In this document: positions 14,036 through 29,459 of the stretch, in pieces
Numbering within the stretch: position 1 is the stretch's first letter
Layout: each line of letters begins with the position of its first letter
Assembly: GCA_964016885.1 (NCBI GenBank)
Contig: OZ024745.1
Span: forward strand, 70,928,001 to 70,992,000
Direction: 5' to 3'
DNA length: 64,000 nucleotides
DNA from: Eledone cirrhosa
Lineage: Eukaryota
The notes under the pieces: model-generated
Told to the model about the DNA's origin: nothing
The model's database searches: none
What the model saw: only the letters and a program-made list of their open reading frames with translations
Translations under genes and position numbers: made by a program

Positions 14036-14083
<48 letters not shown>

Positions 14084-14123
14084 TACTCTTTTACCTGTTT
14101 CAGCCATCCGGCTGAGGCCATAT

Positions 14124-14188
<65 letters not shown>

Positions 14189-14194
14189 CATATC

Positions 14195-14308
<114 letters not shown>

Positions 14309-14539
14309 AAGTGTTATATGTCGAAGTTTCACTGTAAAATAGATTTATTGTGTATCGACCGAGTATCGACATGTTCTACAAATGATAGGCACGAGATCTA
14401 CATGAAGCATATATAACGGTCGATATAAATTGAAAATATTTAGAAGTGGAACATCGTCTTAGCACACTAAATATATCCACTCTACAACACCATTGCATGC
14501 TCAGGCTGGTACCCTATCCAGTAATAAACAACATTACTG

Positions 14540-14597
<58 letters not shown>

Positions 14598-14860
14598 GCT
14601 TATCTCCCCTTGTTAGCTTGCTGAAAATTGAAGTAAGGGACATAGTCACTACTTTAAAACAACAGCGTAAGGTCTTGAAAATGCTTTTAATTAAGCATAC
14701 AGTGTATTACCAAATACACTATATATACATTCATATATATATCGCTATTTCAGAGCACCAATTCTAATTTTATATATACATATATATATATATATATATA
14801 GTTTTAATATAGAAGAGATTCTACAGGACTAGAACTGTTTCATTCATTAGAAATCATCAG

Positions 14861-14909
14861 GATTCCTGATGATTTCTAATGAATGAAACAGTTCTAGTCC
14901 TGTAGAATC
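14861..14909 (+). ncRNA. Type I hammerhead motif (family F1) within a perfect 127-bp palindrome
   Basis: GATTC-CTGATGA-tTTC(taat)GAAt-GAAA-CAG(ttctagtc)CTG-TA|GAATC. Confidence 0.7.
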
Positions 14910-14992
14910 TCTTCTATATTAAAACTGTTATACTCTGCTATGTATTGAGTACCTTACTTACTGTGGTTACCTCCGATTCAACCCGGAATAAC

Positions 14993-15055
<63 letters not shown>

Positions 15056-15149
15056 AATAAAAGGATCGATCGACTTTCGTCAAATCGGACCGAGGAAACA
15101 ATGTTTCCGTTGGTCTTTCCAGTTGCTAGTACTTTCTATCGGTCGCAGC

Positions 15150-15272
15150 TCCAGGTAGAAGGAGCAACGTGGAGTAAAGTGTCTTGCTCAAGGACATAAC
15201 GTATCACCCGGTCCAGGAATCTAACTCACAACCTCAAGATTGTGAATCTAATTCCCTAACCACTCAGCCACA
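15150..15272 (-). mobile_element. CORE-type SINE 5' part (reverse); similar at 58240-58360 (-) and 620-735 (+)
   Basis: agcaacgtggagtaaagtgtcttgctcaaggaca...ctaaccactcagccac is the reverse complement of a tRNA head plus CORE-like motif. Confidence 0.6.
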
Positions 15273-15366
15273 TATATATTAAAATAACAGATTAAAGTTT
15301 AAGGAAAGAATCGGTGCTTTCACCCTTAGCGGGATTTTAGTCTTCACATTAATTATTATTACTATA

Positions 15367-15483
<117 letters not shown>

Positions 15484-16115
15484 GTGAGGTTTTTTTACAA
15501 AATGAAAAATAACCGAGGTGTCCTACACGAGTGAAAGTATAAAGAAAAAAAGATGAAATCGAAAATGCAACTGGAGTCTTATTTTTTTTTAAATATATAT
15601 ATTTATTTGGTTCCTTTACCGGTTTCGCAGTTCTTCTGCTTTTCAAAAGTAGAGTTGAGATGGAGGGTCTGTGGTTTTTCTCATATATATGTTAGCCTAG
15701 TACCTGTCAAAAGTGACAGGGCTGATAGTAAAATGTTTTAAATTTATTATTTCCTTGAATACGGTTACAGCATTCTTTTGCTTTTAAAAGTTGACCTTAA
15801 CGTATGAATGCATTCCGATATCAATGTTAATCAACTGTTCTGATTACAGTTATCTCCCTTGCTTGTTGAGCTTAGAGCTTTAATCACTTCAGGGCGGTGA
15901 TTTTGTCTACCATTTGTTTGATGATTGACAGTCAGACAGATGTTGATATGGGCGATATGAAAACTATACAGCAAAGCTTATGAAAATATAAACTATTGTT
16001 ACTAAAGCTGAATAAAAAAAAACCTGTATTTATTGGTTGTAAGCACCTCCCAAATTACATTAGACGTATTAGACGGGAAGAGAGAGAGAGAGAATATGTG
16101 GGTGTATGTGGGTGT

Positions 16116-16191
<76 letters not shown>

Positions 16192-16660
16192 CTGTGTGTA
16201 TGTGATAAGTGGTTCGTTGATTGGCTGTCCATTTTCTGTGTAAGGGAGAGAAGCAAATAGAGAAGTGATATTTCATATTTTCTTCCGAATAATTCATAGC
16301 GTTCTGTTTATATGTTTAAATTCAATTTATTTCATATTTCCTATTTCTCTATCGATAAACACTCTGTTTCGTCGTGCTTGTGCATCATCAGTATAGAATA
16401 AGAGATATTTACTTAATGTTGTTATATTCAGTTAGTGTGAGACAGAGTAAGTGATAAAAAGAAAGAAAAGAAAGGGATAGAATAAAAGGTGTTTTAACTC
16501 TTTATGTATATTATAATTTTCTTTACTTTCTCTCATCTTTTGTTTATCTTTCGTCCCCTCTCTCTACCTAATTTAGAATTAGGACTATGTCTTGAAGGTA
16601 ACATTACCAATACCCTATCTGTTACACTAAACTGCTGGCTGAGAAAGATAGATAAATAGA

Positions 16661-16751
<91 letters not shown>

Positions 16752-17434
16752 AATATATATATATATATATATAAATCAGATTTAATTGACTATATATAAC
16801 ATTTTCTGTTCATTTCGAAGAGTAAAGAGTAAAGTAAAGAGTTTTTTTCACTTTACTCGCTTCTCTCCCTTGCACGAAAAACCGGATACCCAATCAGCAA
16901 GGTGCTTTTATAGGAAGTAAAATAATACAGGCGCCATATTCGGAAAATATTCAAAATGGACGACGATTGCCGTGGTTGGTAGGATATAAAGACATTGTAA
17001 TCCTACATCAGAATACTATGTTTCTTTGTCTTAAGCTCACCTTCGGAAGACTTGCTAACACACAATGATGGCCACTACTAAGGAAACGTGCATACGAAGA
17101 AAGAATTTCCATAAATTATCCCATATAAGTCTCGGTGGTTGAGAGACTGTTAAGAACACAGATCAGGATATTACTTCATGTATATTTAGGTTCAAATTTT
17201 GCATAGAAATTAATAAAATCTCAACGGAGATGGCCTTCATTGGGGTAGTTAACTCTATCATATATGTGCTTTCCTCCTGTTTCTTCCTCTTTTTACCCTC
17301 CTCTATCTTTCTATTTCTCTTTCTATCATTCATTCCATCTTCTAGTAAAAGATTAATGTCTGAAACGTTCATACCCTTTTCCTACTATATCAAACGTTAA
17401 ACTAATGTATCGTTCTCTTGTATTGGCTCTTTGC

Positions 17435-17517
<83 letters not shown>

Positions 17518-18013
17518 CATATATATGACTTCTACAGCAAATTGAAGAGAAAATGATATATATACAGGACCGTTTGTGAGCGTGTTTATGCGGAGAAACT
17601 TGTAAATAAGTAGTCAGTAATAGCTGTTTCTACTTTTGGTACAAGGCCAGCAACTTGAAGGGATGGGGAAAGTCAATTATATCAACCCAGTGTGTTACTG
17701 GTACTTTATTTTATCGACCCCGCAAAGCATGTTTCCCGACGCTTTGCCGATTCCTCCAATCCAATACCATCAACAAGCATTAATAATACCAACTATTACA
17801 TTGACTCGATATATTTAGAACATGAATCCATCATTTCGTTCACGTTTGGTGCTTTTGTTACACAAACCCATAAAACAAACATTTATAAAAGTACAGAATA
17901 TAAGGATCCGGTTTTCTAACGCTGTTATCATTGTTGCGAATCTGTAATTGGATTTCCACATTTCTAATTTCAAATCATAGGAAAGCCGCGATAAATCGTA
18001 ATACATATATAAC

Positions 18014-18089
<76 letters not shown>

Positions 18090-18235
18090 TGCAATAGTAT
18101 GAAAGGAAATTCAATCTTCTGTCATCAATAGTTGTTTTTAATCTCTTACAAATGTTTCGAATGAACTGTGATCGCGAATTATTCAAATGTTGTTTGAAAA
18201 TACATCTTACATCTTCGCCAATAGAATATATATGC

Positions 18236-18285
<50 letters not shown>

Positions 18286-18450
18286 TTGTGTGTGTGTCTG
18301 TAGAAGAGATTTTGTAGTAGAACGCTGTAGCAATGCATGTCAAACATTTATAAACACATAACAAAAACGAAGGAATAAGTCACCTAAGAAATTTTAGTCA
18401 TTACATTTCACTTATAAAAACATATAATGATATACATACAGATATATATA

Positions 18451-18493
<43 letters not shown>

Positions 18494-18561
18494 GTGTGTG
18501 TGTGTGTGTGTGTGTGGAAACGTATATAATATCTATATATATATATATGTATATGTATATA

Positions 18562-18642
<81 letters not shown>

Positions 18643-18949
18643 TTATGTATATATATATATATATACATACATACATACATACATACATACATACATTCCA
18701 AAAATTTTGCATCTAATAACTGTATATACACATGTACAGATGCAAAGCATATACACATGCACACATACAACTCAAAACATACACATCCACACATACAATA
18801 ACATCCATACCTGCACACACATGCACACATATCTACCTAGTTGATGTTGTGTAAATTCCAATGAGAGAGTCTTGTGTCTATGTTAGAAACCGACTCTCTC
18901 TATTGGCAAAAATTTGTGAAATTATAAAACCAGAAGAACATACATACAT

Positions 18950-19260
18950 ACATGGTGGCTGCCAACTCGTTTTCGAGTACGGCCACTACTTTATATCCAT
19001 GTAGGAGAACCCCTACCGATGCGCTGAACGTGTGTGACTTTTTAGTCCAGCCAGCGACTTGAAAACTATGGTACAAACACTACACTTGTGACAATTATTG
19101 TCACATAGTGCTGGGCCCATGGTACCATGTGACGACAAGTGCAGAGAGATCGTCAGATATAAAGCAATGCCTGTACCGTGAAGCTTTTATAGTGAATAAA
19201 GGCACTGCACAAAGCCAGTCCCACTCTCTTAACCAAGATGATATTTACCAAAAAGAAGTA
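18950..19260 (-). mobile_element. Truncated copy of the 7170-7575 element
   Basis: Near-identical sequence catggtggctgccaactcg...gatatttaccaaaaagaag, flanked by (CATA)n. Confidence 0.75.
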
Positions 19261-19530
19261 CATACATACATACATACATACATACATACATACAAACATA
19301 GAAATATTATGGTTAATCATAAAAGTAGTAGTAGTTTAAAGCTGGTTAATTGATACTACTCACCTGTAATATGTTCTCTCAGTTATTAAAGTTGTTCAGT
19401 GTTCATTTTCTCCCTTTGTTGATCAGCTTTTGTTTTCAGTGGTTTTGGCTGGTCTTTTCTCTCTTTATGCGGTGATTGAAGCAATGTGCTACGAGAGAAT
19501 CCAAAGAGGCGGTCTTCGGTGATGCTACAA

Positions 19531-19593
<63 letters not shown>

Positions 19594-19630
19594 CAGTGGC
19601 GGTAGTGTAGTTGTTGTTGTTGTTGTTAGC

Positions 19631-19694
<64 letters not shown>

Positions 19695-19862
19695 ATTAGG
19701 GGGGCCCCAACTTAGGTTTATAAGTTTATAGTTTGGAAACCAATACTATCTCAAATGTGTATTTATATGTATGTTTGTGAGCGAGTGAGTATTCTGAAGT
19801 GCCACATTTACATGCATATATACATAAATATATATGAATATATACATATATCTATATACATA

Positions 19863-19917
<55 letters not shown>

Positions 19918-20058
19918 TTGTTCAGGTGTATATATATATATATATATGTGTGTATATATATATATATATATACAGACATATGTATATAGATATATAGGCA
20001 CATATACTCATATATACATATGTGTATATACATATATATATATATATATATATGTATG

Positions 20059-20180
<122 letters not shown>

Positions 20181-20699
20181 TATATACATGTATAACATGA
20201 ATTCATTTCCACTTCTTATCTCGGCAAACTACCAAATACTAGATAAAATAAAGAATTGTCAGCCAGCTTGTTCGATTGAATGTCCATCTAGTTTGGTGGG
20301 TTGGACCAGCAGACTTATGGCCTACTAGCTAGACAGGTGTGTAACTTTGCCAAATTTCACCTCAGTTCCCACCCTTTTTAGCCCACCCACCTACACACAT
20401 TTTTATATACTTTCTTTACTCTTTATTTTCCCTTTCATTGCATGTTTTCTTCTTTCCCTTCATTATGAATAATAGAAACGTATACCTATCTTACTTGTAA
20501 ATCTTTGCAAGTTTTTATATCTTTGCAACAATAATATTGTTCTTATTATTATCATTAATACTATTATTAATAATTGTATTTATCATCATCATCATCATCC
20601 TCATCATTATCACCGTTACCAACATCACAATCAGCAACAACATCATGTTCACCATCATTGTCAACATCATCTTGATCAGTTATTATTATTAGTACCATG

Positions 20700-21575
20700 A
20701 GGTTACCTTTGTCTTTCATCCTAATGGAGGCGATAAAATAAAGTACCAGTAATGAACTGGAGTATTTGCTGGCCTTGTGCCAAAGGTAGAAACAATTATT
20801 TCTGCCAGTAAGAGGACGGTGGATTGGCGAATTCGTTAGAGCGTCGGGCTAAAGCTTTGTGGCATTTGATACTGACTCTTTACTTTCTAAGTTTAAATCC
20901 CACTGGGGTCAACTTTGCCTTTCCTCCTTCCGGGTTGATAACATGATGCACCAGTTACGTACTGGGGTCGCTATGATCGAATTTCCCCTTCCCGCAATTT
21001 TCTGAACCTATACCAAAAGTAGAATTCCTTATTATCACAATTAAGAAGGAGTACGTTGGGTAGAATTGCTGGGTAGATTCGTCACAATATCAAATATAAT
21101 GCACCGAGGTATAAGTTATGTCTCTTTACGTTCTGAGTTCAAATCCCACCAAAACAATTTTATCCCCCCCCCCCCTCAAATTGTTGCGCTTGTATCTGTT
21201 AGAAACTATTATTATTACTTCTGTTGTCAAAAGTTTGTGAAAGTGCAGAAATCTTAGAATTTCGGGAAAAATGTATTGAGGTATTTAGTTGTGGCTCTTT
21301 AATTTTGGAGTTCTACTCCTACTGAGGTCAACTTTGCCTCTCATCCTTTCAAAGTTAATAAAACATAGTGCCAGTCAAGTAGTGTGTTCGATTATAATTG
21401 ATTTCAATTTCTTTTCAAATTGCTGGCCTTTTCCCTAAATTATATATTGCTCACGAAATCAAGTTTGCCTTTAATATGTCCAGTGTCCATAAAATAATGT
21501 TTCAGTGATTGTGTCATTTTAATCTACTTCCCTTTCATTTAAAATCGCTGGTCCTGAGCTTCAGCTAGAAAACAT
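20700..21575 (+). mobile_element. Head-to-tail cluster of ~5 degenerate SINE family B copies
   Basis: Repeated aactttgcctt..atcct..gataa..taccagt..gctggcct motifs at ~20705, 20910, 21130 (partial), 21330, 21460. Confidence 0.6.
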
Positions 21576-23911
21576 TTTTTACGCGGCTGTGTATTAAAGA
21601 CAATCACCCTGCTATCTATAAATGTTTTCTAAGCTCTACATTCTCTTAGCTATTGCAAATTTCTGTAAAATCCTGAAATCTTATAAAGCCCATGAGAAAG
21701 AGATGAATCTTATTCATATTTATCCCTGCACCACTTCATCCACCAACCTCTGCAAACCTGAATCTTGTGAAATATCGAATTCCTTTACACCAAACATTGC
21801 AGCCAAATAGTGCTTCTGAAAACTAATCTAGATTATATATACCACAGAATATTACTGGCATGGCAGTTGTGTAATTGAATCTAGGGAGGTGAAAGGTCAA
21901 AATGGTGATTGCCAGGATTTGATAGAATCGTTAGTGTCTGAGAAATACTTTGCCACAATTGTTCCGTTATTTTTGCATTCTGAGTTCTCTATCTATTTCT
22001 TTGAACTCTCAAAAATGTTACTACCTTCTTGATATGCTACAAAATCCGCCCAAAGAGACTAGACTGGCGCAGACAGACGGATATGGTGTACAACGTGGAA
22101 TGGTTATAATAACACGAAAAATATTCAAAGGTAGCTAAAACCAATATGGCCGACATTTAGTCGGTTAGAAAATTTAGCTATCTGCATACAGAAATTAATG
22201 TTAATGCATAACATTGGTACATTGCAGTAACTTTGTAATGAACTGTGAATGGATACTGGTATATAATATGAACGCAGCCCGTAGGAATGATTAAGATGTT
22301 CATTTAACAGCGATGAGAATATTGAAGACAAATAAATACGAATAGAATTAAATGATTTGAGATATTTCTACGTGTCTTCTACTACTTCTGATACACCACA
22401 ATATCCTTAAGAATTTATATATTTCATTATCAAAGGTGGTAGATAACACGATCAGTTGAGAATCGATGAAAATGCATTGCAGTAGTTACATGAGTCAAGG
22501 TTGTGAGTTCAAATATCTACAGGATCAACTTCAGGGTCGTCTTAAGAAGGGAAGAGTTCCGCCAAGTCTAAATGCCCTACAACTCCATCTGAAGTTTATG
22601 GCCTATGGACGTGGATAGTGTATCGACAATGTCTTTGAATCTTTGTGGGTTAAACCAAATCAAACATTCCTCGTGTGTGGCAGAAATCATAGTTAATGTT
22701 CAATGCGGGTGATTTGAAAAGGGGATCTAACCTAGAAATATCATGAAATGTGAACTAAAAGTGTAAAATGTTTTTTGTTTTGTTTTACTTACTTTCCTCT
22801 AATTTTCCCCTTTTCTATTTCTAATTAGCATTGTATCGGTTTCACCGAAACAATTATAACAACATATTTCACAATGCTTCATATAAAATATACCGTCACT
22901 ATATTCTCACGTGTGTGTGATAGTGTGTGAGTGTGGGTGATTGTGTCTGAGAGAGTTTATGTGTGTATATATGTACGTGAGTGTGTATGAGTGAGTGTGT
23001 GTATGTGAGTGTGTGTGTGTCTGTGAGTGCATGTGTATCTGTGCTTGTTTGATTATGTTCGGTCAAGTAACGGTTCGATAAATAGAGTTCAAGGGAATAA
23101 GTGCCTGACTTAAAACTAAGTGATGCTAGTCAATATGATTGAGTGAAGCCTTGAATGTGATGCCCCAGCCTGACCACAGTTTAATTATTAAAACCAGTAA
23201 ATGAAGAAAAGAATAATACGTATTGATTTCATTTGATCAATCAACAAGGGTCAGGTTAATGTAATAGCGACTGTTTAGCCATTAGATGCAAACCAATATG
23301 TCGTTGCTTCATATTATATCGATCAGAAAGATTAAAGTTAAGATCGATGAGGATCGGACTTGATAGCGGAAAAACGTGTAAAACTGCATTAGATAAAGCA
23401 AGGTCCATAGAAAACACATACACAACACACAAATATGTATACACACATTTATATATATATATTAACCGATACAGACATATACTTATATATATAGATACAT
23501 GTGTTTTTCATTTATATATATATGTATATGTATATATATCTATATCTATATATATATATTCGATATTATTAAGCTGATATGCAAATCAGTTGAATGTTTT
23601 ACAAGAATCAAGCAACATGTAAAGTAAATACAGTAAAAGTGCATGCATAATTTCAATAAGTATTATGGTATAGGTACCTCAGTGACTAGAGAGTGTAACT
23701 AGGTAGAGGGGTGAACAAAAGTTATATATATATAAATATATATACATATATATACATATATATATATAGCGTGTGTGTGTGTATGTATCTATGTATGTAT
23801 ATATATGTACATATACATATACATATATATATGTATATATGTACATATACATATATATATGTATACTTACATATATATATATACACACTTATTTACTTAT
23901 TGACTTATCTA

Positions 23912-23949
<38 letters not shown>

Positions 23950-24030
23950 TATATTAGATAAGTCAATAAGTAAATAAGAGTGGGTATGTGTGTGTATGAA
24001 TGTATATGTACAAATACAAACATATATACA

Positions 24031-24077
<47 letters not shown>

Positions 24078-24137
24078 TCATATATATATATATACATATA
24101 TACATATATATATATACATATATACATATATATCTAT

Positions 24138-24306
<169 letters not shown>

Positions 24307-24511
24307 CCGCGAAGGGAAAGGGTGAGGAGAGAGAGAAAGAGTGAGTGATACTTTAGATAGAGAGGAAAAGAAAGATAGTGTGAAAGAGAGATAAATAGGT
24401 ATATTTACAGGTATATTTACCTTCTTCCATGACATCAGATATATAGGTAAAGGGATTATATTTTAGTTCTTCTCAGTAAGAGAGGATGGCGATAAAAGTA
24501 ACAAAACAATG

Positions 24512-24542
<31 letters not shown>

Positions 24543-24702
24543 TTGTGTGTGTGTTTGAGTGTCCTGGAGTGTCTGTATACATATATGTGTATATATATAT
24601 GTGTGTGTGCGTGTGTGTATATATATGTGTGTGTATATATGTATATGTATATATTTATATATTTGTATGTATTTATATATATATATATATATATATTTAT
24701 TG

Positions 24703-24739
<37 letters not shown>

Positions 24740-24794
24740 TGTGTTTATATATATATATGAGTGTGTTTATATATATATATGTATATATATATAC

Positions 24795-24844
<50 letters not shown>

Positions 24845-24848
24845 ATAT

Positions 24849-24890
<42 letters not shown>

Positions 24891-24937
24891 GTATACATAT
24901 ATGTGTATGTATATATATATATATTTATATATGTATG

Positions 24938-24973
<36 letters not shown>

Positions 24974-25091
24974 CATATATGTGTATGTATATATATATAT
25001 ATTTATATATATATATATATATACACACACAGAGACACACATATATGTATATGTATATATATAAATATATACATATATATGTGTGCTTATG

Positions 25092-25220
<129 letters not shown>

Positions 25221-25371
25221 ATGGTAGGAAGGAAAACCTCAGCAACAAGATAGAATGAAGAAAGAGAAGAGAAGAGAGACCAGGTTCTATATGAAGTAGT
25301 TTTCCTAAATAAGGTTTATATAAGCATTAATAACAGACCGTGTGGATTTCCTGCTTGTTGTTATTGTTTAG

Positions 25372-25650
25372 GTTATGGTGGTGGTGGTGGTGGTGGTGGT
25401 GGTGGTGGTGGCGGTGGTGGTGGTGGTGGTGGTGGTGGTGGATGCTGTGGGTGGGTTAAGCGTTGGTGGCTGAGTGTAGAGATTGTGGAGGCGGTGATGA
25501 TGTTGGTGAATGTGGCGTCGATGGTGGTAGTGGTGGCTGTGGCGGTGATGGTGTAGGTAGCGGTGGATGTGGTGGTAGTGGTGGTAATAGTGGCCGTGGT
25601 AGTGATGGTAGTGGTGGTAGTGGTGGTAGTGGTGGTGGTGGTAGTGGCGA
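25372..25650. repeat. (GGT)n-rich tract
   Basis: Direct inspection. Confidence 0.85.
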
Positions 25651-25792
25651 GTAGTTAATGGGCAATTCTCCAAGAACGGTCATAATGTCATTCAAAATAA
25701 AACTGAGATGCTAATTTGAACGACCAATGGAGGCTCGCATTACAGAAGGTTACAGATTTAGTGCGCCATATTTGTGTGTTGCATTTGCACTC

Positions 25793-25855
<63 letters not shown>

Positions 25856-26159
25856 TATATACATATATATATATATATGTATAAATATGTTTGTATATAT
25901 TTATGTATATGTATATATAAATACATACACACACACGCACACATCTGCATAAATATATATATATATAGACATATATATTCTTACATATATATACATATAT
26001 GTGTGTATATATATATGTGTGTGTATGTATGTATGTATATATATATGTATGTGTATATTTGTGTGGGTTACAAACAATTTCAAAATGACAATTAGTATTT
26101 TTTCTACTGAGCCAAAATTCAATAAATGTTGGCATCTCGTTAGTATTGTCATCAAAATG

Positions 26160-26595
26160 TATGTGGTTTGTTTGTGGGGATTGGTTAGTCGTTCGGCTGG
26201 CTGGCTGGCTGGTTTTGGCTGGCTGGTTTAGGCTGGCGGGTTGGTTTTGGCTGGCTAGCTGGCTGGCTGGTTTTGTCTAGCTAGCTGGCTGGCTGGTGTT
26301 TGTCTGATTGGTTAGCCTGTTGAATGTTTTGTAGATTGTTTGGCTTGTGGTTGGCTAGTTGTTTGGTTGAATGTTTGTTTTGTTGGTTGGATGATTTTCT
26401 GATTGGCTGGTTGGTTGATTGGTTGGTTGGTTGATTGGGTGGCTGGCTGGTTGGCAGGTTGGTTGATTGGTTGATTGGCTGGTTGGTTGGCTGGTTGCTT
26501 GGCTGGTTGCTTGATTGGTTGGTAGCTTGCTTGGTTAGTTGGTTAGTTGGCTCTCTGGCTGGCTCGATGGATGGTTGAGTAGGTTTGATTGACAC
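26160..26595. repeat. Degenerate (TTGG/CTGG)n tetranucleotide tract
   Basis: Direct inspection. Confidence 0.85.
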
Positions 26596-26653
26596 TAATG
26601 TTTTATGCTTAATATTGCAATATTAATATATATATATATATATATATATACAT

Positions 26654-26757
<104 letters not shown>

Positions 26758-27240
26758 TGGCTCGTTATTATTGTGTATGTATATATATATACTTGTGCAC
26801 ACATACATACATACATACATACATACATACATACATACATACATACATACATAAATGTAGATATATGTAGTACGCTCATAAATATATACATAAGTGTTAG
26901 TCGTCACCAAGGACTGAATATTTACATAAAATACATAGATACATTCATAGATTATACATAGTAATACACACATCTATGCGTGTACACATGCTAGTGTCTG
27001 TCTGATTTTGGCAGTTAGCTCTGTAAGAATACCTACTTGTCAGTTATTAAGTTTCATGTCTCCAATATCACCGCTTTTGAATTTGGCACTTCTTGGGTGA
27101 AATGCTGCTCAGCCTATCCGAAAAAATATAATCGAATCCAATAACGAACGGAAATTTATATTATCATTGGTTCACGTGGGTACTACGGTAGTTGTGATAG
27201 GACAACAGCATAAAATACTCGTCATGAGACACTATCATTC

Positions 27241-28260
27241 TCATCATCATCGTTTAACACCCAACCCTTTAGTACTGACCCACTCAACCCTTGCTTTCCC
27301 TGAAAGCAAGGGTTGGGTGGGTCAGTACTAAAACAGGTGCACTAACCTCACAGACAGGCCAGAGGGGTCTGCTTCTCGCTTACGAACAGTCTCATATTTA
27401 TCGAGTGTACAAGACAGGTTGTCATGTCCTAGTCACAGCTTTTTGTTTGCCAAGTTTTCTACGACTAGATATCCTTCCTATCACTAGCCACTTTACAGCG
27501 TGTACTGGGTGCATTTCATTTATTGTGTAGTTTTGCCAACATTAGAGAGGGTGTCGCGCCGTGATACAACTGAAGCTTCCTCTCAATCCTTTTGAGGCAT
27601 GGTTTCTACAACGGTGAACCCGTATTATCACCAACCACCTTGCAAGGTGTATCAAGTGCATTTCCTTGGCACCAACGCTAGAGAAGCTGTTGGTCCTTGC
27701 CCCAACGAAAGATCCCTCTCTGTTCTGTGAGAAACTGGTTGGGAGCGATAGAAAGGATACAAGTGGAAAGAAGTCGATTGAAAATAACGAAGGGAAGTGA
27801 GCGGGTGGGATGGTTTGGTCAATAACGGGGGGTGAGGGATGGCACTCACCAGTGCCGGGGAGGTGGTGAAGATAATTGCTAGGGATGATAGTAGAAGGGG
27901 CATTAGTGTGGTGTATAGGGATGAAGAAAGAAGCTATTATGGTGCGAAGATGAGGGTACAAAGGGATTTAGATGGACCTAAAGAATGATACTGGAAGGGA
28001 CATGGATGTGGTTGGGTGTAATAAAGGTTTGGATAGCTGTTAGGATGTGCCAGTCCTCGCTGTCCTTTGTCATCTGTTTTGTGAGATTTAATTTTTTAAG
28101 GCTGGTCTTCACAACCTGATCCCAAACCTTCCTGGGACTGCCTCTTCCACGGATCCCAGCCACTGGGGTTTCTTTGCATTTTGTATGCAGCTGCTATCTT
28201 ATATTGAACAAGGCCACATCCCTAGTGGTATCACCCTCCACTCCTCTTTTCTACACACTC
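27241..28260 (-). mobile_element. Degenerate RTE-clade LINE 3' portion
   Basis: Minus translation GIRGRGSPRKVWDQVVKTSLKKLNLTKQMTKDSEDW resembles the RTE C-terminal G.R.RGRP.K.W...V..DL..L.L...M..DR..W motif. It is followed by a long 3' UTR ending in a (GAT)n tail (catcatcatcgtttaac on +). Confidence 0.7.
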
Positions 28261-28406
28261 AGAATTTCGTCTTGACTAAAATTACTTTTAGGCCTTTCAA
28301 CTCTGGGTACTTCTTCCATATTTGAAATTTTGCCTCTAATTCTCCGACATATTCAGCTATTAAGACTAGGAGATCTCACTTTGCTGGTTGCTCCTTATAC
28401 ATACAT

Positions 28407-28478
<72 letters not shown>

Positions 28479-28786
28479 GGATCTTTGCCGGTTTCCCCGA
28501 TGTGCTTTTAGACAAACGTTCGATAACCGAATAGCCTATTCAATGAATCAGCGTATACGTGGCTCAGTATATCACAGACACGTGTACACTTAGCAAGTAG
28601 AACCAGCATGAGTGTGTGATGAGGCTGACATTTTAAATTGCCCCCTGCCTAAGCTTACATCTAACGGATTGGAACAGAGAAGCTCATGATTTCAAAGCAA
28701 ATTTCAATCATGTTTACATCCCATATATACATACAAACACAAATACACGCCCGCATTCCCGCACGCATGCGCGCACACATTCATAG

Positions 28787-28886
<100 letters not shown>

Positions 28887-28985
28887 ACAAACACACACAT
28901 ATATATATATATATATGTGTGTGTGGGTGTAATTGCATCTCCCTATATATTCGCATATGCATGTGTGGGTATGCATATATGTATA

Positions 28986-29057
<72 letters not shown>

Positions 29058-29078
29058 GAGATAGATATGTTTCTTTGC

Positions 29079-29142
<64 letters not shown>

Positions 29143-29459
29143 GCACATGTATTCATTTTTCATTGTTCATAACCAATGCATTATAATTATACACAAGTCT
29201 AGAATGAACCACATTTGAAGGATGTGGTGGCGCTCGGGAAGCTTTATATGTAGGAAATACAGAATAATGGAATAGTTGAATGTAATAATCGAACGGGAGG
29301 CTAGAGAATATACCTGTTCACTAACATGTCTTCTTATCTGTGCATGCATCTCAGTCAATGCTTATGAGTGTCTGTTTACTATAAGTGTTCACACGTGTAT
29401 GTGGACCTATCAGTTTGCGTGTGTGTGTGTGGGTGTGTGGGTGTGTGTGTGTGTGTGTG

